Source of the DNA: Chitinivibrionales bacterium
Lineage (GTDB): Bacteria; Fibrobacterota; Chitinivibrionia; Chitinivibrionales; WJKA01
Length of the DNA: 64,000 nt
NCBI GenBank assembly: GCA_038247415.1
Contig: JBBRUX010000007.1
Location: 1 to 64,000, forward strand
Direction of reading: 5' to 3'
The stretch's first letter is position 1, and each line of letters opens with the position of its first letter. The notes under the pieces were generated by a model. The model was given only the letters and a program-made list of their open reading frames with translations. It did not search any database and was not told where the DNA came from. Shown here piece after piece: positions 39,556 to 50,148 of this stretch. The position numbers were made by a program, and so were the translations under genes.

Positions 39556-40110
39556 TTAATGAGGTGTTGAAATGCTGGTTATCCACTGAGCAGCTTCTAA
39601 AAGATTGTTGAATGTAAGGCTTTGTGGGTCGAGGTCGTTAAAATGCTTTTGGCCATGCCCTGTTAATACATACAGTCCTCTTCCTCCTGCGTTTTGAGCA
39701 AATTGTACATCGTGAGGATGATCTCCAATAGAAAAAGAATTTGGTATATCCAGAGAATACTTTTCTTGGGCTTTTTTTATAAAATATGGTTTTGGTTTGA
39801 TACAGTCACAGTTGTCGTTTCTGGTATGGGCACAACAATATACTTCTTGAATGGTAACACCGTGTGATAAGAGTGTGTCTACAACATGGCGATTAATTTC
39901 TTGCGCTTGCGAAAGTGTAATTCTGCCAAGGCCCACAGCCGATTGATTGGTTACAATAAAGAGTTGATACTTAGTTTGAAGAATTTTAAGAGCTTCTATA
40001 CTAAAGGGGAAAATGTCAACATCGTTAATGTTTGACAAGTTACCTTTATCTTCGATGATAGTACCATCTCTATCAAGAAAAATAGCTGGCCTGTGGGTAT
40101 TTGTTTTCAT
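39556..40110 (-). CDS. gmhB: HAD-IIIA phosphatase, D,D-heptose-1,7-bisphosphate phosphatase (GmhB)-like
   Basis: FLDRDGT, VTNQS, CAH...CDCIKP zinc motif, IGD...D, VLTGHG. Confidence 0.8.
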   Translation of the reverse strand: MKTNTHRPAIFLDRDGTIIEDKGNLSNINDVDIFPFSIEALKILQTKYQLFIVTNQSAVGLGRITLSQAQEINRHVVDTLLSHGVTIQEVYCCAHTRNDNCDCIKPKPYFIKKAQEKYSLDIPNSFSIGDHPHDVQFAQNAGGRGLYVLTGHGQKHFNDLDPQSLTFNNLLEAAQWITSISTPH

Positions 40111-40228
40111 GTAATCCTTCAATGCCGAAAGATCGTGAGAGTGCGCGTTAAGCTCGCACGATTAAAAATGCTGCTCATGTGCTGAATTATCCGTCATTTT
40201 TGCGATATTTGCAAGCCCAATAGCAGAA

Positions 40229-40654
40229 CTATTCATCGAGATGGGTTAAAACTTTATTGAGGAGCTCAACCAGATGATCGAGCTCATTTTTTTCCAATGC
40301 TTTTTCAAAATATTTTGCGTACCCTCGATGAATCTCATCATGAAGCTCTGAAATTTTTAGGCCTTTGTTCGTCAAATGGACATAGGATTTTCGGCGATCA
40401 TCAGATGATTGCGTTTTTGTAATATAGCCACTTTTTTCGAGTTTGTCTAATGCTACCGTGGCAGTTGGTTTCGTAACCTTGAGAAGGGTTGCCAGGTCAC
40501 TTATTGGGGGTGCCGCTTTTAAATGTCTGATTGCTTCGAGATAGTGAATTTGAGTAACAGATAAATTTGAAAAAGCGCTTTTTTGAGTCACTTTAACTTC
40601 ATGATCCCGGATTCTCTTTGATAAGCGCTCTATTATTTCAGATAGGGTATACAT
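40229..40654 (-). CDS. MarR family transcriptional regulator
   Basis: LSVTQIHYL, LA..L.VTKPTAT..LDKLEKSGYI, DDRR..V.LT.KG. Confidence 0.92.
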   Translation of the reverse strand: MYTLSEIIERLSKRIRDHEVKVTQKSAFSNLSVTQIHYLEAIRHLKAAPPISDLATLLKVTKPTATVALDKLEKSGYITKTQSSDDRRKSYVHLTNKGLKISELHDEIHRGYAKYFEKALEKNELDHLVELLNKVLTHLDE

Positions 40655-40675
40655 TGAAAGTTTCCTTTTGATTTG

Positions 40676-40689
40676 TTAGTACAAACTAA
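40676..40689. promoter_or_regulatory. Putative MarR operator palindrome
   Basis: TTAGT-ACAA-ACTAA about 21 bp upstream of the marR start, in the divergent promoter region. Confidence 0.5.
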
Positions 40690-40800
40690 TTAAATATACA
40701 CTTTTTTGCTAAAATTGTTAAATTTTAGTTCTTATGGAGGATAAAACAATAATGTTAATGAATCATCGTATTTAGTTCAATTCTTTAAGGAGTAATTATT

Positions 40801-41169
40801 GTGGCTATTCGTTTGAGTATTCTCTGTATCTGTTTGATGAGTGCGGCTGGGATTGCCCAAGCATCCGAACACATGCTTCCGGAAAAAGCCCCTGGTCTTC
40901 TTATTCTTTGTAAAGATACCTGCTCAAGTTCAGATCTCTCTGGTGGGCATGCGCCTTCATGTGATTGTGAATGTCATCAAGACCCACTCGATTCAAAAGA
41001 AGTTCCCGTTGTGCAACGTGCTCAACATACAAGAACGAACCCCATTCTTATTCTAGCTCTCCATTCATTACTTCCCGATCGATATGCCTCCAACACATCC
41101 TTCTCGAAATGTCTTTCCTCCTCCAGAGTAGATTCTTCTGCGCCAAAACTTCTCTTTCTGCGCATCTGA
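40801..41169 (+). CDS. Small exported Cys/His-rich protein upstream of the RND pump (CzcI-like position)
   Basis: AAGGAG RBS, GTG start, signal peptide (AQA), H..SCDCECH motif. Confidence 0.6.
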   Translation: MAIRLSILCICLMSAAGIAQASEHMLPEKAPGLLILCKDTCSSSDLSGGHAPSCDCECHQDPLDSKEVPVVQRAQHTRTNPILILALHSLLPDRYASNTSFSKCLSSSRVDSSAPKLLFLRI

Positions 41170-41289
41170 TTTCTTGAAAAAATCCTGATCAAAGTTTACT
41201 AGTATCTAATGTTCGAGAAAGTTCAGAATGCCCGGTTTGTGCATTCTGAACCATATGCATATCCTATCTATTTAAATTTGTAGGAGGTT

Positions 41290-42549
41290 TTGGTGATACA
41301 AAAAATTGCACTGCTTTGCATAGTTCATTGCATGGCATTGACAACAATCGCGTATAGTCAACATGCAAGTTCTCTCTCGCTTGCCGATGCGCTTGAGATC
41401 GGTATCAAGAATAATTCCGAAATTGCAGCAGCACTTCAAAATGTAAATGCTGCGCACGGTCGGTTTGTTGCGGGAGTATCTTTGCCTCCACCTCAAGTGG
41501 CGTTTACCTATGATAATGTACCTTTACGAGAAGGACTCAGAGCGTATGATGAAAAATCTTTTGAAGTGAGTCAAGCCTTTGAATTTCCAGCGATATATGT
41601 AATGCGGGCAACTCAGGGAAAAAAAGAAAAGAAGATGGCTCAAATCGATTTTGGCGTGGCAAAAATACGGATAACACAACAAATAAAGTCTGCATATTTC
41701 GAGTTGCTCGCACGAAATAAGCAGATCCAAATTGCAGAGGAGAATTGTACTATTGCCCATGATTTTGAAAAACATGCCGAAGCGAGAGCTTTAGCAGGAG
41801 AAGCAACTGCATTGGAAGCTCTTGCTGCGCATGTTGGGTATGCAACCGCAAAAAATACTTTGACTGTTGCAGAGTATCAACAAAAGATTGCGCTGTATGA
41901 ACTTAAACAGGCAATGGGCTTACCATCAAATAACGAAACTATGTATGCATTAACAGATTCCCTTGGCACCTTTTTGCATGCTCCATCATTGCGGGATCTT
42001 ATTGACAAGGCAGATAAGAAAAATGGTGAAATACAAAATCGAACACTGCAGGTAGATATTTCTTCACTAGAAAAATCCAGGGCTATTGCATCGTTTGTCC
42101 CCGAGATCGCTTTGGGCTATTATTCCAAACAGATCGTAAATGCCGGTGATAAAAAAACGGTATATGGCGCTTCAATTGGATTTTCGGTGCCCCTCTATGG
42201 CATGTTAGATTATAGAGGAAAAGTTACAGAAGCGTCGGCGAATTTGAATGTAGCCACCGTGCAGCTGAGAAATGCTCAAAATTCGCTCGTGACAAATTTA
42301 CAAAAGGCTTTTGCACAATACAAATCTACAGATGCGCAGAGGGTATTGTATGCCACAGAAATTCTGCCGCAAGCCGAAGAAATGCTGCGGTGTGCCAAAG
42401 TAGGATATGAATCCGGAGAAAATTCTTATTCCGAATTTCTGTTGGCCCAGCAAACGCTCGCTCTTTCACGGGGGGAATATATTGACGTCTTGCTTTCGTG
42501 CAATCGAGCGCTCTGCGCAATGGATGAAGCAGCAGGAATAATCGAATAA
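41290..42549 (+). CDS. TolC family outer-membrane efflux protein (CzcC-like)
   Basis: Signal peptide, two OEP repeats, Y..GE.S..E.L.AQ motif; AGGAGG RBS. Confidence 0.88.
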   Translation: MVIQKIALLCIVHCMALTTIAYSQHASSLSLADALEIGIKNNSEIAAALQNVNAAHGRFVAGVSLPPPQVAFTYDNVPLREGLRAYDEKSFEVSQAFEFPAIYVMRATQGKKEKKMAQIDFGVAKIRITQQIKSAYFELLARNKQIQIAEENCTIAHDFEKHAEARALAGEATALEALAAHVGYATAKNTLTVAEYQQKIALYELKQAMGLPSNNETMYALTDSLGTFLHAPSLRDLIDKADKKNGEIQNRTLQVDISSLEKSRAIASFVPEIALGYYSKQIVNAGDKKTVYGASIGFSVPLYGMLDYRGKVTEASANLNVATVQLRNAQNSLVTNLQKAFAQYKSTDAQRVLYATEILPQAEEMLRCAKVGYESGENSYSEFLLAQQTLALSRGEYIDVLLSCNRALCAMDEAAGIIE

Positions 42550-42596
42550 TTGCTATAAGAACTCATAGTTTTCAAAATAAATACAAGGAGAATATA

Positions 42597-43772
42597 ATGG
42601 TTTCAAAAAGCATGATATACACACCACTGTTTTTTGTGGTGTCAATACTGTCGGTAGGATGTTCTAAGAGAGAGAGCGCACAAAAAGAGGAGTCTATCGT
42701 TATAGATACTGCTCAAATAGTTACGGTTACTTCTTTGACAGGAAAGGCAATTGGCCTTGTTTCTGAGCCGGTGGCGCTCAAAAAACATACCCGGTTCCTA
42801 ACCCTTCCTGCGAAGGTTGTGGTAGCGCAGGATAATGATGCTTTTGTGGGATCTCTTATATCGGGACGTGTATGCAATGTAGTTGTAAAGCTTGGTGACA
42901 GGGTAGCAGCAGGACAAACTCTCATGTTTGTGGAAGGACTGGAGATTGGCGAAATCAAGGCCCGGTATGCAACCGCATCGGCCGAATTCGAATTTGCAAA
43001 ATCGAACCTTGATAGGCAAAAAAAGTTGTTAGAAAGCAATGTTTCTTCACAGAGGAGTCTTTTGGAAGCTCAGATGCACTATGATAAAGCAATGGCATTA
43101 TTTGGTGCAGAAAAGAGCAGGATAAAAGCAATTGGGCTTTCGGAAAGCGATGCAGCAACCCAGGCTGTTTTTTCGGAAGACCGGTGCAGTGGGACTTTGG
43201 CCATCAAATCTCCTCTGAGTGGCATTGTCGTAGAACGAAATGTTGTTATTGGTCAATTGGTTGACGGAGGAGTAAATGCATTTAGAATTGTAAATTTGTC
43301 GTCTGTATGCGTCGATGCGCAGGTGTACGAAAAGGATCTTGATAAGTGTGTTCTTAAAAGCAGTGCAACATTTTCGGTATCGGCATACCCAGCAGAAGTT
43401 TTTGCAGGCATTGTTACCTCAATTGGTCAAATTGTGGACGAACAGACGCACACTCTGCGCATTCGTGCCGAATTAAAAAATCCGTTTGCAAAGTTGAAGC
43501 CTTCTATGTTTGGAGAATTAACGCTTCCCGTTGATAATAAAAAAACTGCACTTATTGTTCCTGCCGAAGCCCTTTTAAAAATCGATAATGCAGATTGTGT
43601 CTTTATCCAAACTTCCGATTCAACGTTTGAAAAGCGAGTTGTTATGGCCAATCCAGCTCCGCGCGAAATGGTGGAAATTCTCCAAGGAATCCGCGATGGA
43701 GAAAAAGTAGTTGTCAAGGGTGCCTTTTATCTTAAAAGTGAACTCTTAAAATCGTCTTTAGGAGGCGAATAA
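42597..43772 (+). CDS. RND periplasmic adaptor subunit (CzcB/CusB-like), lipoprotein
   Basis: Lipobox SVGC, IKSPLSGIVVER, LKPSMF, GEKVVVKGAFYL. Confidence 0.9.
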   Translation: MVSKSMIYTPLFFVVSILSVGCSKRESAQKEESIVIDTAQIVTVTSLTGKAIGLVSEPVALKKHTRFLTLPAKVVVAQDNDAFVGSLISGRVCNVVVKLGDRVAAGQTLMFVEGLEIGEIKARYATASAEFEFAKSNLDRQKKLLESNVSSQRSLLEAQMHYDKAMALFGAEKSRIKAIGLSESDAATQAVFSEDRCSGTLAIKSPLSGIVVERNVVIGQLVDGGVNAFRIVNLSSVCVDAQVYEKDLDKCVLKSSATFSVSAYPAEVFAGIVTSIGQIVDEQTHTLRIRAELKNPFAKLKPSMFGELTLPVDNKKTALIVPAEALLKIDNADCVFIQTSDSTFEKRVVMANPAPREMVEILQGIRDGEKVVVKGAFYLKSELLKSSLGGE

Positions 43773-43773
43773 T

Positions 43774-46700
43774 ATGTTGGAAAAAATTATTTCATCGCTT
43801 CTGAAACAACGTGCAGGCGTCTTGCTCATTATTGCGCTCATCATTGGCATCGGAACCTATTCGTATTACAAACTGACTATCGATGCCTTTCCAGATGTAA
43901 CCAATATTCAGGTTGATGTGGTGAGCTATGCAGATGGACTCTCGGCAGTTGAAATAGAGCGTTCTGTAACCTATCCGGTTGAGATGTCGATGCGAGGTTT
44001 GCCTAAAGTTAAGCAATTACGTTCCGTAACAAAATTTGGTTTGTCGCTTGTTACGATAGTTTTTGAGGATAATGTTGATATTTATTTTGCCCGTCAACTA
44101 GTATTTGAGCGGCTGGCCCAAGCAAAAGAAAGCGTGCCGCCTGGTGTGGAGCTTTCTATGGGTCCTATTGCTACTGCAATGGGAGAGATCTATCAATTTA
44201 CGCTCGATGGGAAAATGCCCGATGATGCACAAAAAAAGAAAGAATATCTTACACAACTAAGAACTTTGCAGGAGTGGGTCATTAACCCGTTGCTCAAAAG
44301 TGTCCCCGGTGTCAATGAGATCAATTCCTTTGGGGGGTATTTTAAACAATACGATGTTATAGTATCTCCAGAAAAACTACTTAAGTATAACATTGCCCTT
44401 TCTGATGTGTTTGCGGCAATAGAAAACAATAATCAGAATGCGGGCGGAAATATTCTAGAAAAATATTCCGATCAATACATTGTTAGAGGAATCGGGCTTA
44501 TTAAAGACACTACGGATATTGGGAATATTGTCCTGAAAAGTATTGATGGAATCCCAACGCTTATCAAAGATGTTGCGCAGATACAGCTTGGTGAGGCAGT
44601 TCGCCAGGGAGCATCAATGATAAACGGTAAAGATGAAGTGGTTGGTGGAATTGTCATGATGCTGCGAGGTGAAAATAGCCGCGATGTTGTAAACCGCGTC
44701 AAAGCTAAAGTTAAGGAAATCAACGGGAATAATGCCTTGCCAAAAGGAATACAAATTGTTCCGTATTACGATAGATCAGATATAATCAATGCCTCGATAG
44801 GAACGGTAAACAAGGCTCTTTTAGAAGGGGCTCTGCTGGTATTGGTTGTTCTTTATTTGTTGCTGCGAAGCATGCGAGGTTCATGCGTGGTCCTTATGGG
44901 TTTGCCGCTTTCTCTTCTTGTAACTTTTATCGTAATGAAAGCATGGGGTATAAGCGCAAACTTGATGTCTCTGGGTGGGCTTGCCATTTCTATCGGAATG
45001 ATCATGGATTCTACCATCATCCAGGTTGAAAATGTTCAGCGTAAACTCAATGAAGCCAAGGCTTCTGCGCACAGAATGTCGACTATTCTCAAAGCTGTGC
45101 TGGAAGTGCAGAAGCCGAGTATTTTTGGGGTTCTTATTATTGCTATTACTTTTATTCCTATTTTGTCGCTTGAAGGGATCGAAGGCAAAATGTTTGCTCC
45201 CCTTGCTATAACGGTTGCTATAGCTCTTCTTGCGTCACTGGTAGTATCGATTCTCATTACTCCAGGTTTATGTCTTTTGTTTTTGAAGCCGCAAACAGAA
45301 AAGCCTGGCGGAATTATGAATGGCATTAAAAAAGTATATATGCCCCTTCTTCGAAAAAGTATTCGTAAGAAAAAAGTGATGATTGGTATTGCAATTGCAG
45401 CTCTTGGTGTATCTTTGGGATTATTTACTAAAATTGGTACAGAATTTCTTCCGATTATGGATGAGAGCGCTTTTGATCTGGATGTTTCGCTTTTACCCGG
45501 TGTATCCCTTGACAAAGCCATGGAAATTAATATGCTTATCGGGGAAAAAATGAAAAAGTTTCCCGAACTCAAGACTGTTGTTTCCCGCACAGGACAAACC
45601 GGAGTTGCTCTTGATACCCGTGGAGTTGATAAAACAGGATATGTTGGCGTTCTGTATCCTAAAAAACAATGGAAAATTAAACGCACCCATGAACAATTGA
45701 CAGAAGCAATGAGAGATTCCCTTTCATCCATTCCGGGGATCGCCTTTAGCTTTAGTCAGCCCATTCAATGCCGCATTGATGAATTGGTTGCGGGAACCAA
45801 GGCACAGTTGATTTTAAAGCTTTTTGGTGACAATTTGGAAGTTTTAAAAGAAAAAGCAACAGATATCGAAAAAATCCTCTCGTCTATAGAAGGATGCACA
45901 GATCTTGTTACCGAGAGCATATCAGGGCAACCCTATCTAACTATCGAAATTGACAGATTAAAAATTGCCCGCTATGGGCTTGCGATACGAGATGTTCAGG
46001 AAATCATCGAAATTGCCCTTGCGGGAAAGATTGCATCGCAACTCTATGAAGCAAACAAGAGCTTTGATATTTCTGTTCGTCTTCCACAAGAGCATCGGAC
46101 GTCTGTAGAAACAATTGGGAATATTCTGGTACCAACCCCAACTGGTTCCAATATTCCTCTTAGTCAAATTTCAACGATTGCCATATCTGTTGGGCCTGTG
46201 CAGATAAGTCGTGATGATGGATTGCGCCGAATTGGTATTGAGCTTAATATTTCTGGAAGAGATATAGGGAGCTTTGTTGCAGAGGCTAAACAGAAAATTA
46301 TGGAGAAGGCAAAACTTCCCGAGGGCTACTACATAATGTGGGGTGGGCAATTTGAAAACCAGCAGCGAGCAATGGCAAAACTTGTTATGGTGGGACCGAT
46401 TGCCATCGGACTTATCCTTATATTACTCTTTTTGACATTTCGTACTATTAGGCTTTCGCTTCTTGTTATTTCCAATTTACCGTTTGCGCTTATTGGTGGA
46501 ATGTTTTCGCTCTGGATATCGGGGCTGTATCTTTCGGTACCGGCTGCGGTGGGTTTTATTGTACTGTTTGGTGTTGCCGTATTGAATGGCGTAGTTCTTG
46601 TTTCGCATATTGCACAACTGCGTGAAGAAGGAATGGATTTGCAAAATGCGCTTGAAACAGGATGCGCAAACAGGCTGCGTCCAGTGCTCATGACAGCATC

Positions 46701-46881
46701 CATTGCAATTTTCAGTCTCATTCCGATGCTGTATGCAAGCGGAACCGGCTCGGAAATACAAAAGCCATTGGCCGTAGTTGTTGTTGGGGGTCTGGTGACA
46801 TCAACGCTTTTGACGCTTTTCTTAATTCCTTCCCTGTATGGGTGGTTTGAAAATCGAAAAAAGGTAGTTGAAGAGGTTTGA
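43774..46881 (+). CDS. CusA/CzcA family heavy-metal efflux RND transporter
   Basis: IDAFPDVTNIQV, DIYFARQLV.ERL, SLGGLAISIGMIMDS...VEN, RLRPVLMTA, GSEIQKPLA. Confidence 0.95.
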   Translation: MLEKIISSLLKQRAGVLLIIALIIGIGTYSYYKLTIDAFPDVTNIQVDVVSYADGLSAVEIERSVTYPVEMSMRGLPKVKQLRSVTKFGLSLVTIVFEDNVDIYFARQLVFERLAQAKESVPPGVELSMGPIATAMGEIYQFTLDGKMPDDAQKKKEYLTQLRTLQEWVINPLLKSVPGVNEINSFGGYFKQYDVIVSPEKLLKYNIALSDVFAAIENNNQNAGGNILEKYSDQYIVRGIGLIKDTTDIGNIVLKSIDGIPTLIKDVAQIQLGEAVRQGASMINGKDEVVGGIVMMLRGENSRDVVNRVKAKVKEINGNNALPKGIQIVPYYDRSDIINASIGTVNKALLEGALLVLVVLYLLLRSMRGSCVVLMGLPLSLLVTFIVMKAWGISANLMSLGGLAISIGMIMDSTIIQVENVQRKLNEAKASAHRMSTILKAVLEVQKPSIFGVLIIAITFIPILSLEGIEGKMFAPLAITVAIALLASLVVSILITPGLCLLFLKPQTEKPGGIMNGIKKVYMPLLRKSIRKKKVMIGIAIAALGVSLGLFTKIGTEFLPIMDESAFDLDVSLLPGVSLDKAMEINMLIGEKMKKFPELKTVVSRTGQTGVALDTRGVDKTGYVGVLYPKKQWKIKRTHEQLTEAMRDSLSSIPGIAFSFSQPIQCRIDELVAGTKAQLILKLFGDNLEVLKEKATDIEKILSSIEGCTDLVTESISGQPYLTIEIDRLKIARYGLAIRDVQEIIEIALAGKIASQLYEANKSFDISVRLPQEHRTSVETIGNILVPTPTGSNIPLSQISTIAISVGPVQISRDDGLRRIGIELNISGRDIGSFVAEAKQKIMEKAKLPEGYYIMWGGQFENQQRAMAKLVMVGPIAIGLILILLFLTFRTIRLSLLVISNLPFALIGGMFSLWISGLYLSVPAAVGFIVLFGVAVLNGVVLVSHIAQLREEGMDLQNALETGCANRLRPVLMTASIAIFSLIPMLYASGTGSEIQKPLAVVVVGGLVTSTLLTLFLIPSLYGWFENRKKVVEEV

Positions 46882-47136
46882 TTCACAGGATGAAAGCATT
46901 TTTATTGTGGGCTCCGTAAAGGAACTTGATTTAAAAATGCTTTTTTCTTGTAGCACTAATCCTTTTGGTGTTCATCCCCGTCGAATTAAATCCACCCACA
47001 TATCGACCGTGTTCCATGGCTAATGCGTGTCGTTGATATCACGAAATGGTTCTCCGATTGCTTTGGTTCCTTGGGGAGCAGTATATTTTACAGTATTAGA
47101 TAGTGTCTCTCTTTTCTTTGCGCGAAGAGGTTGTAT

Positions 47137-47916
47137 ATGAAGAGAATTTTTTTTTCCTGCTTAAGCTGGATATTGGTTACTGTGGGTCTTTTTAGCATGG
47201 CCGGGTGTAGCGCCAGCAAAAATAATGTATCTGGAAAGACTTCGGCACTCTTTGTTCGTGTGCAAGCAACGGTAAATGGGGAAGATTTGAAGTATGGTTC
47301 GGTTTATAAAACCAGCTCTGGTCGACAATTTAGGATTTCAGATTTTCGTTATTACCTCACGAGAATCGGCGCTACCCGTTCCGATGGAACTCAAAACGCC
47401 CCGTTTGATTCTGTTATCCTTATTTCTCCAGATTTACAAAGTTCCTATCTTCGTGTCCCTGTTTTACAAGGGGCGTATAAATCCTTACAATTTACAATCG
47501 GTTTAGATTCACTCAAAAATCATGGAGATCCCACCGTATACGCTTTGCCTCATCCATTGGCTATTCAGACTCCGAGCATGCATTGGGATTGGAACAGCGG
47601 GTATCTCTTTTTGAAATTAGAAGGGTTGGTTGATACTACGGTACAGGCAAATGGCCCAATAAATACGGAATATTTTTACCATATTGGCCTCGATACTATG
47701 CTGCGAGCGGTTGATATCCCCATAGCATTTTCAGTGCCGTCTTCTGGTGCCTGCTCACTGGACGTACGCTGCGGGATCGATTCGATTATAGCGCATATCG
47801 ATTTTTTAAAAGAGAGATCGACCCATACTTTTGATAATCTTCCCTTGGCGCAAAGGATTATGGATCGCATAATCAATTCGTTTGCTGTTGTCAATATACA
47901 TCCTGCAATTCAGTGA
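47137..47916 (+). CDS. mbnP: MbnP family copper-binding lipoprotein
   Basis: Lipobox MAGC; FRYYL, FTIGLD, MHWDWNSGYLFLKLEG (WxW motif), YHIG. Confidence 0.82.
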   Translation: MKRIFFSCLSWILVTVGLFSMAGCSASKNNVSGKTSALFVRVQATVNGEDLKYGSVYKTSSGRQFRISDFRYYLTRIGATRSDGTQNAPFDSVILISPDLQSSYLRVPVLQGAYKSLQFTIGLDSLKNHGDPTVYALPHPLAIQTPSMHWDWNSGYLFLKLEGLVDTTVQANGPINTEYFYHIGLDTMLRAVDIPIAFSVPSSGACSLDVRCGIDSIIAHIDFLKERSTHTFDNLPLAQRIMDRIINSFAVVNIHPAIQ

Positions 47917-47939
47917 TAGTGTGCAGATTTGGCTGAGAG

Positions 47940-48968
47940 GTGCAATTTGTGGAAAAACAAACCCGATTTGTAGTATTTGTTCTTTGTGTATGTGGAGCAG
48001 GTATTGGCATTGGCTTAATTGGCGTGTATTTCTACTTTTCTCCCTTCTTGGATCAGAGCAATCAGATTGTACACTATAAAATACCCCGAGGTTTTCCGTA
48101 TCCTCTAATTCCTGTTGATAATCAGCCTACCAAGAATCGTATCGCATTGGGTAAGCAGCTTTTTTTGGATCCTATCCTCTCAAAAGATTCAACTATTTCG
48201 TGCGCATCCTGCCATAAAGAATCGGCTGCGTTTGCTGATGGTTTGCCTAAAAGTAAAGGTATTAATGGGAACTTTGCTTTGCGTAATGCCCCAACTATAA
48301 TTAATTGTGCATACCTGCCGTATACTACCTGGGATGGAGGGGTACCAACACTTGAGCAACAGGTTCTTGTTCCCATAGCAAATCCTTTAGAAATGGGCTT
48401 TGATATTAATAAGGTTGTGGAGAGGCTTAAAAGAGATCGAAATTATGTGAGTTTGTTTAAGAGTGCTTACCAACAAGGTCCCTCAGTATATACCCTTACT
48501 CGGGCTATTGCATGCTACGAACGTTCACTTTTGAGTACTGGTTCCCGATACGATAGATTTCTTTATGAGAAAGATACTACCGCATTAACACAATCTGAAA
48601 AAAAAGGAAAAGATCTCTTTTTTGGTGAACGAGGAGAGTGCTTTCATTGTCATGGAGAATACAACTTTACCGATTATAGTTTCAAAAACAATGGGCTCTC
48701 TGAAATATATGCAGATTCAGGCAGAGCACGCATTACGTTATCGCGTAGTGATGTTGGCAAATTTAAGGTTCCATCGTTACGAAATATTGCGCGCACAGCT
48801 CCTTATATGCATAATGGCTCTATTGTTACGCTAGAATTGGCGGTAGATCATTATGCACGGGGTGGATATGCTCATCCTAACAAGAGTGGCCTCATTAAAC
48901 CCATCAATTTGACAGATAAAGAAAAAAGTGAACTTGTAGATTTTTTAAAAGCACTTTCCGATGATTAA
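47940..48968 (+). CDS. mbnH: Di-heme cytochrome c peroxidase family protein (MbnH/MauG-like)
   Basis: LGKQLF.DP.LS, CASCH, RNAP, WDG, CFHCH, FKVPSLRNI..TAPYMHNGS; directly after mbnP. Confidence 0.85.
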   Translation: MQFVEKQTRFVVFVLCVCGAGIGIGLIGVYFYFSPFLDQSNQIVHYKIPRGFPYPLIPVDNQPTKNRIALGKQLFLDPILSKDSTISCASCHKESAAFADGLPKSKGINGNFALRNAPTIINCAYLPYTTWDGGVPTLEQQVLVPIANPLEMGFDINKVVERLKRDRNYVSLFKSAYQQGPSVYTLTRAIACYERSLLSTGSRYDRFLYEKDTTALTQSEKKGKDLFFGERGECFHCHGEYNFTDYSFKNNGLSEIYADSGRARITLSRSDVGKFKVPSLRNIARTAPYMHNGSIVTLELAVDHYARGGYAHPNKSGLIKPINLTDKEKSELVDFLKALSDD

Positions 48969-49129
48969 ACTGTTCTCTATAAATGTCGTACCGAAAGAAC
49001 AGTTTTCAAATGAAAGTTAATTGATACGGAGGAAGTTAGCGGGCGCCCGGAAGAACCCAGGCGCGCAAACCATGCTTTTTTTTGCTCCGCATAAATTCTC
49101 GTGATTTTTATGCGAAGCAAAAGCGGCTG

Positions 49130-49960
49130 CTATTTGTTAATATTTACAAAGGGCATTCCGCCGTTACCGGTGACTTGGGGAAGGATGCCATTCCATTTCT
49201 CGATAGCCTTAAGGTTTGCTTCGATTTTCCTAAGCTCGAGAAGATCACTTGAAATATTTGCTCTTTGAAGTCGCAGGGCTTCGGCTTCGGCCTGAGCTGC
49301 GGTGATTTTTTGTTCCGCCTCAATTTTAATTCTGTCAAGATCTCTTGTTGCCTTTTGAGCCAACTGTTCTGCTGCCTGTTTCGATTCAATCGCTTCTCCA
49401 AATATCCTTGAAAAATTGAACGCTACAATAGAAAAGGCATCGACAGTGATATTGTTGGTTGCAAGTCTTTCGGCTAATGTTTGTCTCATTTCTTCGCCGA
49501 CCTTTGATCTTTTTGTAATCAGTTCCTCTGCAGTGTATCTGGCTGAAACAGCTTTAACGACTTCAAGAATTGCTGGATCGATAATACGTTCCTTGTATTC
49601 AATACCAATATTCTGGTATATGACATTAGCTTTTTCTGGCAAAACATGGTAATTGAGTGCAAGAGTCGAAGTTACGTCTTGCAGGTCGGATGAAGCCGCA
49701 ACAGTTTCTGTGGTTGCCTTCTGAATCTGGACATTTATCACTGCCACCTTTTGCATAACGGGGATAAGGAAATGAAGCCCTTCTCCAAGGACTGTTTGCT
49801 GAACTGCCCCGAAATTGAGTACAACGCCACGTTGTCCAGCTCCGATTTGAACAAACGGACGGAAGAAAATGAGAATGAATAATATCCCACCAACAACAAA
49901 TACCCAACGCGGCATTTTTTTTATCTCTCGAGTAACATCATTGAAATTATCGCTAGCCAT
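49130..49960 (-). CDS. Prohibitin/SPFH (band 7) family protein
   Basis: N-terminal TM, GQRGV..FG, EGLHF..P, DLQ, AEELITKR, AIE.KQ.A.Q; AAGGAG RBS before ATG 49960. Confidence 0.9.
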   Translation of the reverse strand: MASDNFNDVTREIKKMPRWVFVVGGILFILIFFRPFVQIGAGQRGVVLNFGAVQQTVLGEGLHFLIPVMQKVAVINVQIQKATTETVAASSDLQDVTSTLALNYHVLPEKANVIYQNIGIEYKERIIDPAILEVVKAVSARYTAEELITKRSKVGEEMRQTLAERLATNNITVDAFSIVAFNFSRIFGEAIESKQAAEQLAQKATRDLDRIKIEAEQKITAAQAEAEALRLQRANISSDLLELRKIEANLKAIEKWNGILPQVTGNGGMPFVNINK

Positions 49961-50148
49961 ACACGTAACTCCTTGCACTGAATGGTGAATTAATAAATGT
50001 CAATAGACTGTGATTAAAGCCATGAGTAATTCGTTTCTTATTGCTTACTAAATTACATGATAGTCATGCCTACGCGTCAAAACATTTTTGGATCATCGAA
50101 TCGAGAATGAGACTTTTGAGCCCAAGTACCGCTTAAACAGGGATGTTT

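Noticed and set aside
45036..45731. Long antisense ORFs (this one, 15126-15695, 33612-34154, 46329-46886, 56800-57354 and others)
   Set aside because: They lie opposite well-supported genes and show no RBS or recognisable motif, so they are treated as shadow ORFs
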